Assembly: GCF_964194155.1 (NCBI RefSeq)
Contig: NC_135892.1
Span: forward strand, 110,174,001 to 110,238,000
Length of the DNA stretch: 64,000 bases
DNA from: Cetorhinus maximus
Taxonomy: Eukaryota
Direction of reading: 5' to 3'
The position numbers and the translations under genes are program-made. The notes under the pieces were generated by a model, which saw only the letters and a list, made by a program, of their open reading frames with translations, made no database searches and was not told where the DNA came from. Shown here piece by piece: positions 27,141 to 39,899 of the stretch (position 1 is its first letter; each line of letters begins with the position of its first letter).

Positions 27141-28020
27141 TCACATACACAGACACTCTCTCACACTCACTCTCACTGACACTCACAAATGCAAAAACAT
27201 TCACACACACACACTCACATGCTCACATTCACACAGACACACACACACTCTCCCATTCACACACACACACACTCTCTCATTCACACACACACACACTCTC
27301 TCATTCACACACACACACACACACACATTCACACACACACACACTCTCTCATTTACACACACACACACACACACATACACTCTCATGCTCACATTCATAC
27401 ACACACTCTCTTACATTCACNNNNNNNNNNNNNNNNNNNNNNNNNNNNNNNNNNNNNNNNNNNNNNNNNNNNNNNNNNNNNNNNNNNNNNNNNNNNNNNN
27501 NNNNNNNNNNNNNNNNNNNNNNNNNNNNNNNNNNNNNNNNNNNNNNNNNNNNNNNNNNNNNNNNNNNNNNNNNNNNNNNNNNNNNNNNNNNNNNNNNNNN
27601 NNNNNNNNNNNNNNNNNNNNNNNNNNNNNNNNNNNNNNNNNNNNNNNNNNNNNNNNNNNNNNNNNNNNNNNNNNNNNNNNNNNNNNNNNNNNNNNNNNNN
27701 NNNNNNNNNNNNNNNNNNNNNNNNNNNNNNNNNNNNNNNNNNNNNNNNNNNNNNNNNNNNNNNNNNNNNNNNNNNNNNNNNNNNNNNNNNNNNNNNNNNN
27801 NNNNNNNNNNNNNNNNNNNNNNNNNNNNNNNNNNNNNNNNNNNNNCACACACACACTCTCACATGCTCACATTCACACACACACACACACACACTCAAGT
27901 GCACTCATACTATCAGACAAACAAAGACACATACATGCTCAGATTCTCACACACATTTACCTATATATATACACACACACACACTCTCTCACATTCACAC
28001 ACACACACACGTACACACAC
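27141..28020. repeat. Compound (CA)n/(CT)n microsatellite spanning an assembly gap (N 27421-27845)
   Basis: Seen directly. Confidence 0.95.
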
Positions 28021-28074
28021 ACTAGTGATGATGGGATGGTTAACCACTTAACAGCTATGCCGGTTTATGATCTT

Positions 28075-28244
28075 GTCTGAACCCTTCGGTTAGATCCCAG
28101 CCTGTAACTCACTGCCGGAATTCTGTTATTCTATATATAAACCACTCAGACCCTTGATTATAACTCACTTCCGGGCATCCATTATTCTATTTATAAACCA
28201 GATGAGCCCTTCCATTAGATTCCAGTCTGTTACTCACTCCCAGG
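28075..28244. repeat. Degenerate ~65-70 bp tandem repeat family (also ~22070-22220 and ~30253-30365)
   Basis: Recurring unit tccattattctatatataaaccatctgaacccttc(g)attagattccagcctgtaactcactcc. Confidence 0.7.
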
Positions 28245-29521
28245 CCGGGATTTTGTCAATAGCGTGCCTTTCCTGACATCATAACTGGAACTATGCGCCG
28301 CTCATGCTTTCCCTCTTTTTGCCCTTTCCCGCCTAACTATAATTAAAATTCTAAGTTCCAGTGGGGTGGATGCAAAACACATTCAACATAGCGGCTGTGC
28401 AAGCTTTTCATTAGCGAAACCCATCTTCATCTGACAATGCTGCGGTTAGGGGCAGCCTATTAAAGCAGCCCCTGGTCAAAGACAATTTTCCAACCCCGGC
28501 CCATCGCATTGACATAAGGTTTGAAAGCACAAAACGGGCATGGATGCTTTTCAAAATTAAATTTCACTTGCAAGTACTTCACATTCCATTGGTTTCGCTT
28601 TATTCACGTGTGCATCGTGGTTATTTGTTGAGATCTGCTCAGTCAGAGAGCTAAATGTACTGGCCTCATGGTTGGCACGCCCTGATACAGGGGATTAGGG
28701 ACATTTCCTTTATTGTGGAGGAAACAATGTTATGTTTTTTTTTCTTCACTCTATTGAAGGTTCAGGTAAGTGTCCAGTGTTGTACTCGCCGCTCTGTGGG
28801 AAGTGGGTGAACTTGCTGGTTCAGCTGGACCTCCCTTCTGTACGTTGTAAAGGACATTGTCTGAGTTCTGTTGAAGGGTCATGAGGACTGGAAACGTCAG
28901 CTGTGCTCTTCTCCGCCGATGCTGCCAGACCTGCTGAGTTTTTCCAGGTATTTCTGTTTCTGTTTTGTCTGAGATCCCTGTCAGCGGGGGTAATTGAAAT
29001 GTTGTAGGTGAACTCAAAGCCCTGTAAGGACTTTGCCAGACAACACCCTGAGGTGGACCCACATGTGGACGTTACTGATTCTGCCCTCATCATCTTACCT
29101 TGACTGACCGTCCCCACCTCCCCTCCCCACTACAGCCAGGACACCAGGCCCTTCCCCCTTCACTCCTCCATGCCCCCAGCCCTACCCTCTGTCTTCCCCT
29201 GGATCTCCCATGCCCCAAATCCCACCCCCCCCCCCACCCCCCCACCCCCCCCCATTACAGACTCAACCCATGGGTCCCCAGCCTCCATGTTGGCTTTCAA
29301 TCTCCTTCTCCCATCCCTTTTGTGGAAGAGCTCAGCAAGGAAAACCGCTGACCTTACACACAACTACGCAAAGCTGACAGGTGGATGCCACCTTTATATG
29401 ATCGTGAACTGGGTGCCATGAGATGCTTGGGCGGCGCTGACTTTATCCTAGAGGTAGGACTTTACTGAAAACAATTTCATATTAATGAGTATTCATGGGA
29501 TGCAGATGTATTACAGTACAG

Positions 29522-30082
29522 ATCACATTTAGAATATTGTGAGCAATTTTGGGCCCCGGATCTCAGGAAGGATGTGATGGCCCTGGAGAGGGTCCAGAGG
29601 AGGTTCACGAGAATGATCCTAGGAATGAAAGGCTTAACATATGAGGAACGTTTGAGGACTCTGGGTCTATACTCGATGGAGGTTAGAAGGATGAGGGGGG
29701 ATCTGATTGAAACTTACAGAATACTGAAAGGCCTGGATAGAGTGGATGTGGGGAAGATGTTTCCATTAGTAGGAGAGACTAGGACCCGAGGGCACAGCCT
29801 CAGAGTAAAGGGAAGACCTTTTAGAACAGAGATGAGGAGAAACTTCTTTAGCCAGAGAGTGGTGAATCTATGGAATTCATTGCCACAGAGGGCTGTGGAG
29901 GCCAGGTCATTGAGTGTATTTAAGACCGAGATAGATAGGTTCTTGATTGGTAAGGGGATCAAAGGTTACGGGGAGAAGGCGGGAGAATGGGGTTGAGAAA
30001 CTTATCAGCTATGATTGAATAGCGGAGCAGACTCGATGGGCCGATTGGCCTAATTTCTGCTCCTATGTCTTATGGTCTTATA
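29522..30082 (+). mobile_element. CR1-clade LINE 3' end (elasmobranch HER1-like), young copy
   Basis: ORF2 C-terminus LERVQRRFTRMI…YEERL..LGL.S.E.RR.RGDLIE.Y…RTRGH…FFSQRVVNLWNSLP; tail ctcctatgtcttatggtcttat. Confidence 0.9.
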
Positions 30083-31419
30083 GTACGAACCTCCCACAGG
30101 CCAACACGAGGCTCGACATGTCACAAACATGCTTCGGACTTTATCTCTGCATCTCAACCACCATGGGGAAATTGAAATTTTGCGCCCCGCCTAATTAAGT
30201 CACCCCACACATCACATTTCCTATCCTTGTAGGCTTCATAAAGTCCCCCCTTCAGGTATCCATTATTCCAATAATTAACCACCCAAACCCCTCGATTAGA
30301 TTCCAATTTGTAACTCATTCTAGTCATCCATTATTCTATATATAAACCATCTGAACCCTTCAGTTAAGTCCAAAGTCACTTGATCCTTCTAAGCATGCTA
30401 CACTTATGACATGCCACAACTCCAATAACCTCCGATATTATGTCCCAAGATATTATCTTACTGAAAGAATTCTATCAAATTTACATTTGCATGAGGCAAC
30501 ATTAATTGCTCATGTCATCTTCCTCAGTGGCCCATCCCATAAATTGACCTCTGTTCACTGAGAAATTGTTTGGTTGAATAGATTTGGTGTAGGCTGAATT
30601 ACCCATTTCCTCCCCCCCCCCGCCCCATCCTGACCCCAGCACCCGCCTCCTCCCATGCCCGCACCCCCAGCTTCAAGTGAAGGCCATGCTCTCTGGCTCG
30701 TGTGGTCTCGGCAATGTATTACCGCTTGTCCAGGTAAACATTATCTCGGCCCTCTAGAGCCTGAAAAGCGGCAATCACCTCACCTCTCAGACTTCCCTTT
30801 ACCATTTAGAAATGTTGTGACCCTGGGCAGGATCCAGCTGCACGCTCCTGCCTGCCTGCCTGTCTGCAACTTGACTCTTCCTGCACCGTAATGTCAGGTG
30901 GAACCACAGGCGTGTTCCCCTCCCCGCAATCTGTCAGTCACACCAGCCGCTTGAGGGGGATGGCAGGGATCATGTGGTAAAAGCAAAACCAGAGTGAGCG
31001 ATGAAAACAATCTCTCCGAGGGTCATTGAATAATCTCCACCGCTCGCAGCAAGATACAATCAGTCAGAGCTAGCGAAATGAAAGAGGTGACTTGGAAGGG
31101 CCAAGTGCTGAAGTGGCTGCGGCATGAAGAGAATGTGCTGTTGTGGGCTGTCGAAAGAGAAGTTATTCAGTAAGTGACTCAGCCCACTCCATCGCTCCAG
31201 CTTCATTATCCATGGCATTAGTCACTTCGTTATCTCAAACCGGCTTTTTGGAAAAATGTTATATCCCGTTTACCTCATTGTGTTGGCGTCCTGGGAAGGT
31301 GACTTCGCTGCCCCCCTCCATGTAGTAGCCCTGGGCGGAACCCTGTGCTCTCGCTGGTGGCGAGCTCGGAGATGGGAAGAGCACAGAATGAGGCGGGATC
31401 GGAGCTCTGCGCCACCCTG

Positions 31420-32780
31420 CCTCCGGCAGAATTCAGGGCAGGGTTTCCCGTGCCACGGGGCGGGCTGGCGGGCGCCAGACACAATTGGGTGTGAAATAGC
31501 GCGCGATGACGTCAGGCGAGTGTCCCGATGTCATCGTGCACAAGCACAATATTTCGGTTGGTGGGCGCGCGCAGGAGTCAGCAGCGGGCCCACTGACAAT
31601 TAAGAGGCCGATTTAAGGCCATTAACCTATTAAGTAAGTTCGGTTTTTCACTGCCCGTCCAACGTTACAGTTGGCAGGCGGGCGAATCGGCCAGGCGGCC
31701 TTTGGATTTTTGAGGAAACCTCATCCACGGGTGGGGTGAGGTTTCTGATACTAATTTAAAAAAAAAGTTTTGACAGAGTTTTTATAATCTACATGTTCGT
31801 GTGAGGGAGTCTAACATGTGAACATTTTTTTCCCCGCATTTCCAAAACTTTATTTCATGGTTTAAGATTCTTCAGCTCTGCCTTCAGGGAGCTTTCATTC
31901 CGCCCTCCTCCCGCCCCCATTCCCGGCAGCGCTCGCCCTCCTCCTCCCGCCCCCATTCCCGGCAGCGCTCGCCCTCCTCCTCCCGCCCCCATTCCCGGCA
32001 GCGCTCGCCCTCCTCCTCCCGCCCCCATTCCCGGCAGCGCTGAGCCTTTCAGTGCGGCTGGGGGCCTGTTTCCCGGCCACTCCCAGGCTCGTCCACCGCG
32101 CTGGCCCGACAGGCCAACAATCCTTCCCTAAGTCACGGGTGGGAAGGTCGACCATGTGCCTATGGTGTCACCTATTGAGGCCCTTAAGTGGCCAATTAAT
32201 CAGCACTGAAGGGCTTCGTCCCACCCTCACTGGTATTTACCCAGCCATAGGCGGGCCTGTAGCTCGACGGTGTGCATGGCAGCTAAAACAATGCAGCCAG
32301 CTTGTTTGGGGGTTTGGGGGGGGTGACATTCCCTTGATCAGTGACACTCAGTGCCTGCTCAAGGGGCTTGATATTAGGAAGCGGGGGGGAGGTGCCTGCT
32401 GAGAGTCACTCCCCTGTCCTTGCTGCCCACCCTCCTCCACCCCTCCCCCCATGACCCCCCCAACCCTGTGAAGCTCCCCCCACCCCTCCCCCCCCCACAT
32501 TACTTACTTGTGTCCTGGGTCGCTCTGCAATCCTGGGGCTCCGGGAGCTGTTTTTTTTACCAGCAGCAGCCAATGCCTAACCTGTGGTGCTGCTGAGCAC
32601 ATGGGCTGCCAGCCTCTGATTGGTCGGCAGCCGTCAGTAGGCAAGATTTCCCCCCCCCCCCCCCACCCCCCGGGGTCTTGGTTCCAGGGCAGGGCCCTCT
32701 GGTGGCCTCACCACTGCCCGATTGGCTTGTGATTCTGTGGGCCTTCCTGAAAAGAGGCTGAGCGGGTCTCTCACTGACTC
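31420..32780. mobile_element. GC-rich MITE-like sequence related to 22451-23108 (probably composite)
   Basis: Shares ggcagaatt, ttaaggcc and the gaaacctcatcc…tgaggtttc hairpin. Boundaries are uncertain. Confidence 0.45.
31900..32041. repeat. GC-rich minisatellite, ~4 x 36 bp
   Basis: cgccctcctcctcccgcccccattcccggcagcgct repeats; the first copy lacks one ctc. Confidence 0.9.
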
Positions 32781-33904
32781 CAGCCAGCAGGCAATGGCCT
32801 AATTTCTGCTCCTATGTCTTATGGTCTTATTATCAGATCAGCCATGATCTCATTGAATGGTGGAGCAGACTCGATGGGCCGAATGGCCTACTTCTGCGCC
32901 TATGTCTTATGGTCTTATGGTCTTATTCTGCCCACAAATGTCCCAAAACACTTGTTCTGCTCCATGTAAAATATGCCCCTGAAGACCTGCTCAGTGTAGT
33001 GACTATAAACATGTTCCTGAAGTCTTTCCCTGCCCCCTCTTTGTAATCTCTTTGTAAATGTGCCCTAAAATGATTTGGTATTCCCAGTGAAATTGTAAAG
33101 GAATTTCTTTTCGCCATTTGCTTTCATTAGGAGTACCAGTCAGAGTTAACCTCTAGGAACACATCCACACTGTCACAAAGCACTTCACTCCCCTCTCGTG
33201 TTTATATTGCTCTTTAACCTGAAGGAACAGGTTCCTGTCACCGAACCCATCCCACCCTCCAGAAATGGAAACTCCATTTTTTCAACGTGTTTCTGGCTGA
33301 GGACCAGGGAAAGCCTCTCCACCCGTTCAACGTGAGCAGTCCTCAAAGGCTGGTTGTTGACAGGTGTCCCACAGTCCCTCATATTTAGGCACCTGACAAT
33401 GCATTGTTGCCCCATCAGCAGAATCGGGCACAGCGTGAGTTAGATCCAGAGTAAAGCTCCTTGTTAGGACCGGCCAGCTTGCCACAACACACAGAGTGGA
33501 TGGATACAGGGAGAACATTTCCTCTTGTGGGGACGAGCATAACTAGAGGCCATCGACATAAGATAGTCACCTAGGAAATCAAAATAGGGAATTCAAAGGA
33601 AACTTCCTTACCCCAAGAGTGAACAGAAAGTGGAACCCGCTACCACAGGGAGTGGTTGGAGCGAATAGCGTAGATGCATTTAAGAGGAAGTTAGACAAAC
33701 ATTTGGGGGAGAAGTAAATAGAGGTCTACGATGGTAGATTTAGATGAGGAAAGATGGGAGAGGCTCGAGTGGAGCATAAACACAGAATGGACTGGCTGGG
33801 CCGAATGGCCTGTTTCTGTACTGTATATCCTATGTAACTCCAATCCCCAAAGTATTTCTTAACGCACCAATGTGATATTTCCATTTCTCAGAAAAAAGGA
33901 AAAA

Positions 33905-34300
33905 AATTTACATTTAGCAAGGTGCCCAGAGCCAATGATGTGCTTTGGAAGTGTAGCTACTGTTGTAACATCGCCGTGACAGCTAGTTTGTACACGGCAA
34001 GCTACCACAAGTCTTATACACTTATAGATAAGGCTATAGTGATGTTGACTGAGGGGTAACTATTGCCCAGGAATCTGGGGATAACTCTCCTGCTCTGCTT
34101 CCGAATTTTTGGCCGTGGGATCTTTTATCTCCACCTGAGAGGATCTGACAGGGTCTTGGCTTAATGTCTCCTCTGAAAGACAGCACCTCTGACAGCCCAG
34201 CAATCACTCAGTACTGCACTGGAGTGTCAGCCTCGATTTTTGTACTCAAGGATCTAGATCTTGAAGCCAGGACCTTCTGACTCAGAGGTGGGAGTGCTAC
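33905..34300 (-). mobile_element. Deu-domain SINE, antisense (further antisense copies ~6190-6515, ~11600-11800, ~61985-62330, plus a partial copy upstream of each cassette exon)
   Basis: Reverse complement of the 5665-6105 element (tctgaaagacagcacctctgacag…cagtactgcactggagtgtcagcct). Confidence 0.65.
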
Positions 34301-34559
34301 TCCCCATGTTGTATCTGACTCTCACAAGGAGCATTGTTCCGGCAGTTCTGAGTCATATTGTCAATTTATAGTGTTTTGCTGCTTGCTTATTTACACATGG
34401 GTCTGTATGGGCACTCCTCAGAGTTTGATAGCCATATGAAAGTTGATATTAATCTATGATTCATCTGGGCCAGTTCCAATTTGGGGCTCACTGTGTATTT
34501 AAATGTACAACACTGTCTTGTTTCCATGCCACACATTAGTTCAGGTTTCTGGAACCATC

Positions 34560-35390
34560 TTGCAGCAAGACCTAGACAATATCCAGGCTTGGGCTGACAA
34601 TTGGCAAGTAACATTCTTATCACACAAGTGCCAGGCAATGGCCATCTCCAGCAAGAGAGAATCCAACCATCATCCCTTGATGTTCAATGACGTTATCAAT
34701 ACTGAATTCCCCACTATCAACATCCTGGGGGTTACCATTGACCAGAAACTGAACTGGACTAGCCATATAAATACTGTGGCTACAAGAGCAGGTCAGAGGC
34801 TAAGGATCCTGCGACGAGTAACTCACCTCCTGACTCTCCAAAGCCTGTCCATCATCTACAAGGCACAAGTCAGGAGCATGATGGAATACTCTCCACTTGC
34901 CTGGATGAGTGCAGCTCCCACAACACTCGAGAAACTGGACACCATCCAGGGCAAAGCAGCCCGCTTGATTGGCACCACATCTACAAACATTCACTCCCTC
35001 CACCACTGACGCACAGTAGCAGTAGTGTGTACCATCTACAAGATGCACTGCAGAAATTCACCAAGGCTCCTTCGACAGCACCTTCCAAACCCATGACCAC
35101 TATCATCTAGAAGGACAAGTGCAGCAGATAGATGGGAACACCATCACCTGGAATTTCCCTCCAAGTTGCTCACCATCCTGACTTGGAAATATATCGCCGT
35201 TCCTTCACTGTCACTGGGTCAAAATCCTGGAACTCCCTCCCTAACAGCACTGCGGGTGTACCTACACCACATGGACTGCAGCGGTTCAAGAAGGCAGCTC
35301 ACCACCACCTTCTCAAGGGCAATTAGGGATGGGCAATAAATGCTGGGCCCAGCCAGCGAAGCCCACGTCCCATGAATGAATAAAAAAAAT
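34560..35390 (+). mobile_element. 3' fragment of the same LINE family as 24561-25810
   Basis: QQDLDNIQAWAD…ILGVTIDQKLNW…YKAQVRS.MEYSP peptide and the same 3' tail with poly(A). Confidence 0.9.
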
Positions 35391-36221
35391 ACAAGCTGCT
35401 CAGTGTAACTCCATGTAATGCCAGAGAGATACAAGATATCAGCTTGTCCCCCACACCAGTTTGCATACGGTGGCAATACATGTGAGCAACTAAGTCAACA
35501 AACCAGACAGACAATACTGAGTCTGTCTTTCTTCTTCCGGCTGAGAACTGCACTCCAAGTTTCGGCTGACGGATAAACAGAAAAAGATGTCCCCAAGTAC
35601 AACCACTTTCATTCTGCCATCCTTTCTCAATGTTGGCTCTCGGTGAGGAGCTTGTAATGCAGAATTCTTTCCCTCTCAATCTGTGAACCTTTGAAAGTTT
35701 GTTTGAAGAAGCCCAGAAAGTTTTGAAGTTCCTTTTTATACGCATCATACCTATTTGGGGGCAGGCATTGCTGAACTAAGAGCTGTAAAAGAATTGCATT
35801 AATATAATGCCTGTCATGATACCCCAAAACACTTTATCGCCACTGCAGCGCTTTTTTGAAATGTACTCACTTTTGTAATGTAGGAAATGTGACAATTTGT
35901 GCACAGCAAGATCCCACCATCAGCAATTCTCCAGTCAGGGGGAAGCATTTTCTCATCATCTATCCTGTTAAGACCCTTAAGAATTTAATATTCAATCACC
36001 TATTGTTTTTCTATACTCCAGGCAATAAAGGTCTAGTCTGCTCAGTCTCTCCTGAGAGGACAACCCCTCATCCCAGGAATCAGTCAAATGAACCTCCTTT
36101 TCTTGCACTCCCACTAGGGCCAGTATGTCCTTCCTTAGGTAAGGAGGCCAAAATTACACTCAGTACTCCAGGTGTAGCAAATGAATTATTTTGAAGTGTT
36201 TAATATGGAACAGTGGATAAA

Positions 36222-36462
36222 TACACATGCACGTACAATCGTGTGTGTGCACATGCTCACTCAAGCAGATGTGTGCGTGCACACAGATGTGCACATAAAC
36301 GCACATGCGCATGCACACGTGTGTGCACACATGCACATACAGCCATGTGCACATGTGTGCGCGCACATGTACACATACAGCCATGTGGACACAAACAGCC
36401 ATGTGGGCACATACACATGTGGGCACATGCACACACAGACAGGCGCGCGCGCGCGCACACGT
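36222..36462. repeat. Alternating purine-pyrimidine low-complexity tract (CA/TG/CG)
   Basis: Seen directly; it ends ~70 bp before the 36533 acceptor. Confidence 0.85.
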
Positions 36463-36532
36463 TGCTGTATCTGACACAATGGTACTTCTGTAAAGATTTC
36501 TTTACTAATGTGCATTTCTTTCACCTTCACAG

Positions 36533-36601
36533 CCACTACGCCACTAACCCCGACGACCATCAGACCCACCTACTGTTCTACCCCAGGTTCTGGATGTCAA
36601 G
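36533..36601 (+). CDS. ADGRG6: Linker exon with Cys loop (ATTPLTPTTIRPTYCSTPGSGCQ; 69 nt, phase 1-1), equivalent to GPR126 exon 5
   Basis: Branch-like tactaat (36503-36509), pyrimidine tract, cacag| acceptor and CAAG|gtaggg donor. It has 23 codons ending C-x3-G-x2-CQ, like the human linker CADLGTLCQ (recalled). Confidence 0.85.
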
Positions 36602-38009
36602 GTAGGGCCAAGGGTAACAATGCCTGCAGTTTCGGAGTAAGACAAACTGGCCATCATGGCCTGTACCACTATTCTAAATAAAGTCATTAGCTTTTAACAG
36701 GGTCGATTTTCAATTGGACCCCACCCCTCTTTTAGCTTGGCAAGTTTATCCAATGAATAATTGAGCCTCGTTGACCGAAAGAAAAAAAATTGTTGGTCAA
36801 AGCCCCCACATCTGGATGTTCCCCAGCAGTTTCTGTTCAAAAGGATGTCACAACTGGGGTCAGACCATAGGCTGAAACTAAGACTTTCTGACCAGCTTCC
36901 TTTAGGACTGCCTGACCACTGGGTGTTGAGGTGACCTGAGTTTGGTATTTTAAATGGCCGTTCTCTGGATCAGCTGATTTCCTGGTCCTGTGACGGTTTG
37001 GTCGATATTCTGAGGGCACGATCTCCAGGAGAATGGGAAGGGGAATGAAAGAGAGAGAGAGAGAGATTTATCTAAGTTTTCCTGGACCATAAGTGCCTAG
37101 AAAAGTCTTTCAATTCACTTGATGTCAAACCGGGTCTCTCAAAACTTTCTCGTTATTTCAATTTACCTGATGCTGACATTTTTCTCCACCTTTTATTTGT
37201 GGCACATTTTGGACGTTGAGCTGAAGCTTACACACACAAGAAGGGCGTTGGAAGATTCCAGAAATTCCGAATCTTTCCCTTGTGAAAACAAACATAAAAA
37301 AAACAGTTTATTTAATAAACACGATGGGCTCTTGGGAAAGAGTATTCCCCACCGGAAAATGTTGGGAGGGGAGTCCAGAATAGAGGGAAATTAATCAAGA
37401 ATTCCACAGAGTCTCAGGCCACACAGGGAGGCCATTCAGGCCATCATGCTGATGCCAGCCCTTTGAGGGAGCGATCTCGAGTTTGAGGAAGTAAAATGTA
37501 AAGAGGGAAGGGTAAGAGTAATTAAGCACATACCTGTTGCACGGAGATGGCACTCCTTAATATACTGTAAAACACGCCAAGCCTAGTTAACAAATAAGTT
37601 GATAAGATAAATTTAATCTCACTACTTTCATCAGTGTTTGTTTGGGTGATGTGATTGACCAAATCACATGCCAATCAAACTTCACCTGAATATTAAAATC
37701 GGAATCATTTTTTTTCCCGTTGTGAGCGATGATCTCTGAGGAAACCACCTCTTGATCTCATTAATAATGTGATAATAATTCCACCAAATCAAATTCTACA
37801 GGTAAAAACCATTCTGGAGATTAAAAAATTCCTCTACAGCTCTCTTTAAGTGATCAAAACTCGGCCAAGGGATCATTCTGGCCCTGATAATTCTATGCAA
37901 CACCTACCCTTTATACTAGGTGACCTCTGCACAAGCCATAAACAATCCAGCTGTTGCTTGACGGAGTTCAGCAAATCAGAATTCACCTCATGAACCAGCA
38001 GCCTGTTCC

Positions 38010-38760
38010 AGAATCTTGACACCATCCAGGACAAAGCAGCCCGCTTGATGGGCACTCCATCCACCACCTTAAACATTCACTCCCTTCGCCACCGACGCAC
38101 AGTGACAGCAGTGTGTACCATAATGCATTTTTTCCAATACTGGAGGGATCAATAACCAGGGGTCATAGATTTAAGGTAAGAGGTAGAAGGCTAAGAGGGG
38201 AGTTGAGGAGAATTTTTTTTCACCCAGAGGGTGGTGGGAGTCTGGAACTCTCTGCCTGAAAGGGTGGTTGAGTCAGAAATTCTTGTAACGTTTAAGAAGT
38301 ATTTAGATATTCACTTGCGTTGCCATAGCCTCCAGGGCTATAGGCCAAGTGCTGGAAAATGGGATTAGTGTAGTCAGATCTTTGTTGACCAACAAGGACA
38401 TGATGGGCTGAATGGCCTCCTTCTGCGCTGTAAACATCTAAGAGCCATCTACAAGATGCACTGCAGCAATTCACCAAGGCTCCTTCAACATCACCTCCCA
38501 AACCCATGATCTCTACCACCTAGAAGGACAAGGGAACATCTCCAAGCCGCACACACCATCCTGAACTATATCGCTGTCCCTTCACTGTCGCTGGGCCATC
38601 CTTGAACTCCCTCCCTAACAGCACTGTGGGCGGACCTACACCACATGGACTGCAGTGGTTTAAGAGGATGGCTCACCACCACCTTCTCAGTGGCCATTAG
38701 GGATGGGTGACGTTAATTGCCAGCTTCGTTCACATCCCGTGAACAAATAAAAAAAAATAT
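38010..38760 (+). mobile_element. LINE 3' fragment interrupted by a nested CR1 3' fragment (38122-38444)
   Basis: The host sequence gtgtgtaccat…ccatctacaagatgc is split and 'ccat' is duplicated. The insert carries the CR1-type cagagggtggtg…tggaactctctgcc and gggctgaatggcctcc tail. Confidence 0.8.
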
Positions 38761-39899
38761 ATGTAGTTGGAACAAACTAACAAAAAAGGCAATCTCGCTC
38801 GGCCATCTAAGAAGTAAATTAAGCCTGCTATAGGTGTGAATGAGGAGCCTACACCGGTTTAAGGTCCCGTTGCAGAAATGGGTTAAGGTTGTGTGGAACT
38901 GACCAAGCCCACACCACTCAGCATTCTTAAGTGATCCATAATGCAAACACGACAGTGAGAGCTTAGTCTGAGGTGAGGCAAGTTGCCTGACGCGCCTCTT
39001 ATGAAAACACGTGAGTCATTTATGGAGGCACCGGCAATTTGTGATAAAGCTGTAACCGAGGCCCCAGGCCGGTCGGACATTGGGTAGCGCCCGCTTTCTG
39101 GGTGCTGACCCATCTCCACCCCAACCAGCACCTTTCAGGAGAGGGGGAGGGGGGGAAAAGGGGAAGAAGAGCAGCAAGTTCAAAATTAAAACCAGTTAAT
39201 TGTTGGCCAAACTTGAGTGGCTCTCTCACCAACACCCTGCCTTAACCCTCTCTGCCTTAGCAGCCTTCCCAGTGAGTAGCACAGGCTGAGGTAGTTCATT
39301 TGTTAAAACCCTAGCCTCTTTATGTTGTAGTTTCCCCTTTGATCGCATTTATGTGAGGGCATTGTGCGTGCACGCATTGTCAGGCAGCCAGCTTACAGCC
39401 TTTTTTTTTGTGCGAACGATTAATGGTTTGAACTGGTCGACATGTCAGAGGAGGGTGTAGAGTCCAGTGGGCCAACAGGATCACGGAGCTTGTTGACATT
39501 CTGTCACCAAAAAAGACGCGATAGAAAAGCTGGGACATGAACTGCGGAGGCTGCTGGAGGGATATGCCGACAAAGGTTTGTGTAATCAGGGCAGTTGTAT
39601 GTCATTCGCTATCGATACGGATTCATCTTGAAATTCTGTGTAATTGTCACTCGTGACGTGCATCCGTAATCCATTCCTGGGATCTGGCTCGCAGCCACAA
39701 AACAGGAAGCAGACCACCTGGATCACTGGAAATATGCCAGAAGCTTAAAACACTTGCTGCTGATTGTCGTCGGCTCCTGCGAAGCATCTCCTTGGCTCTC
39801 CTTTAGATTGACTTAAAATGTAACTCTAGTCCCAGAGATCCTGGTAGAGACCCTTGCCCCTTGGCAGTAGCCCTGCTTTGCAAACGAACCTGCACAACA

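Noticed and set aside
27097-28080. Long His/Thr-rich ORFs
   Set aside because: These are translations of the (CA)n microsatellite and the N gap.
32790-32925. Two consecutive CR1 3' tails ending in (atggtctt)n
   Set aside because: These are ordinary, severely truncated retrotransposon ends with no further structure.
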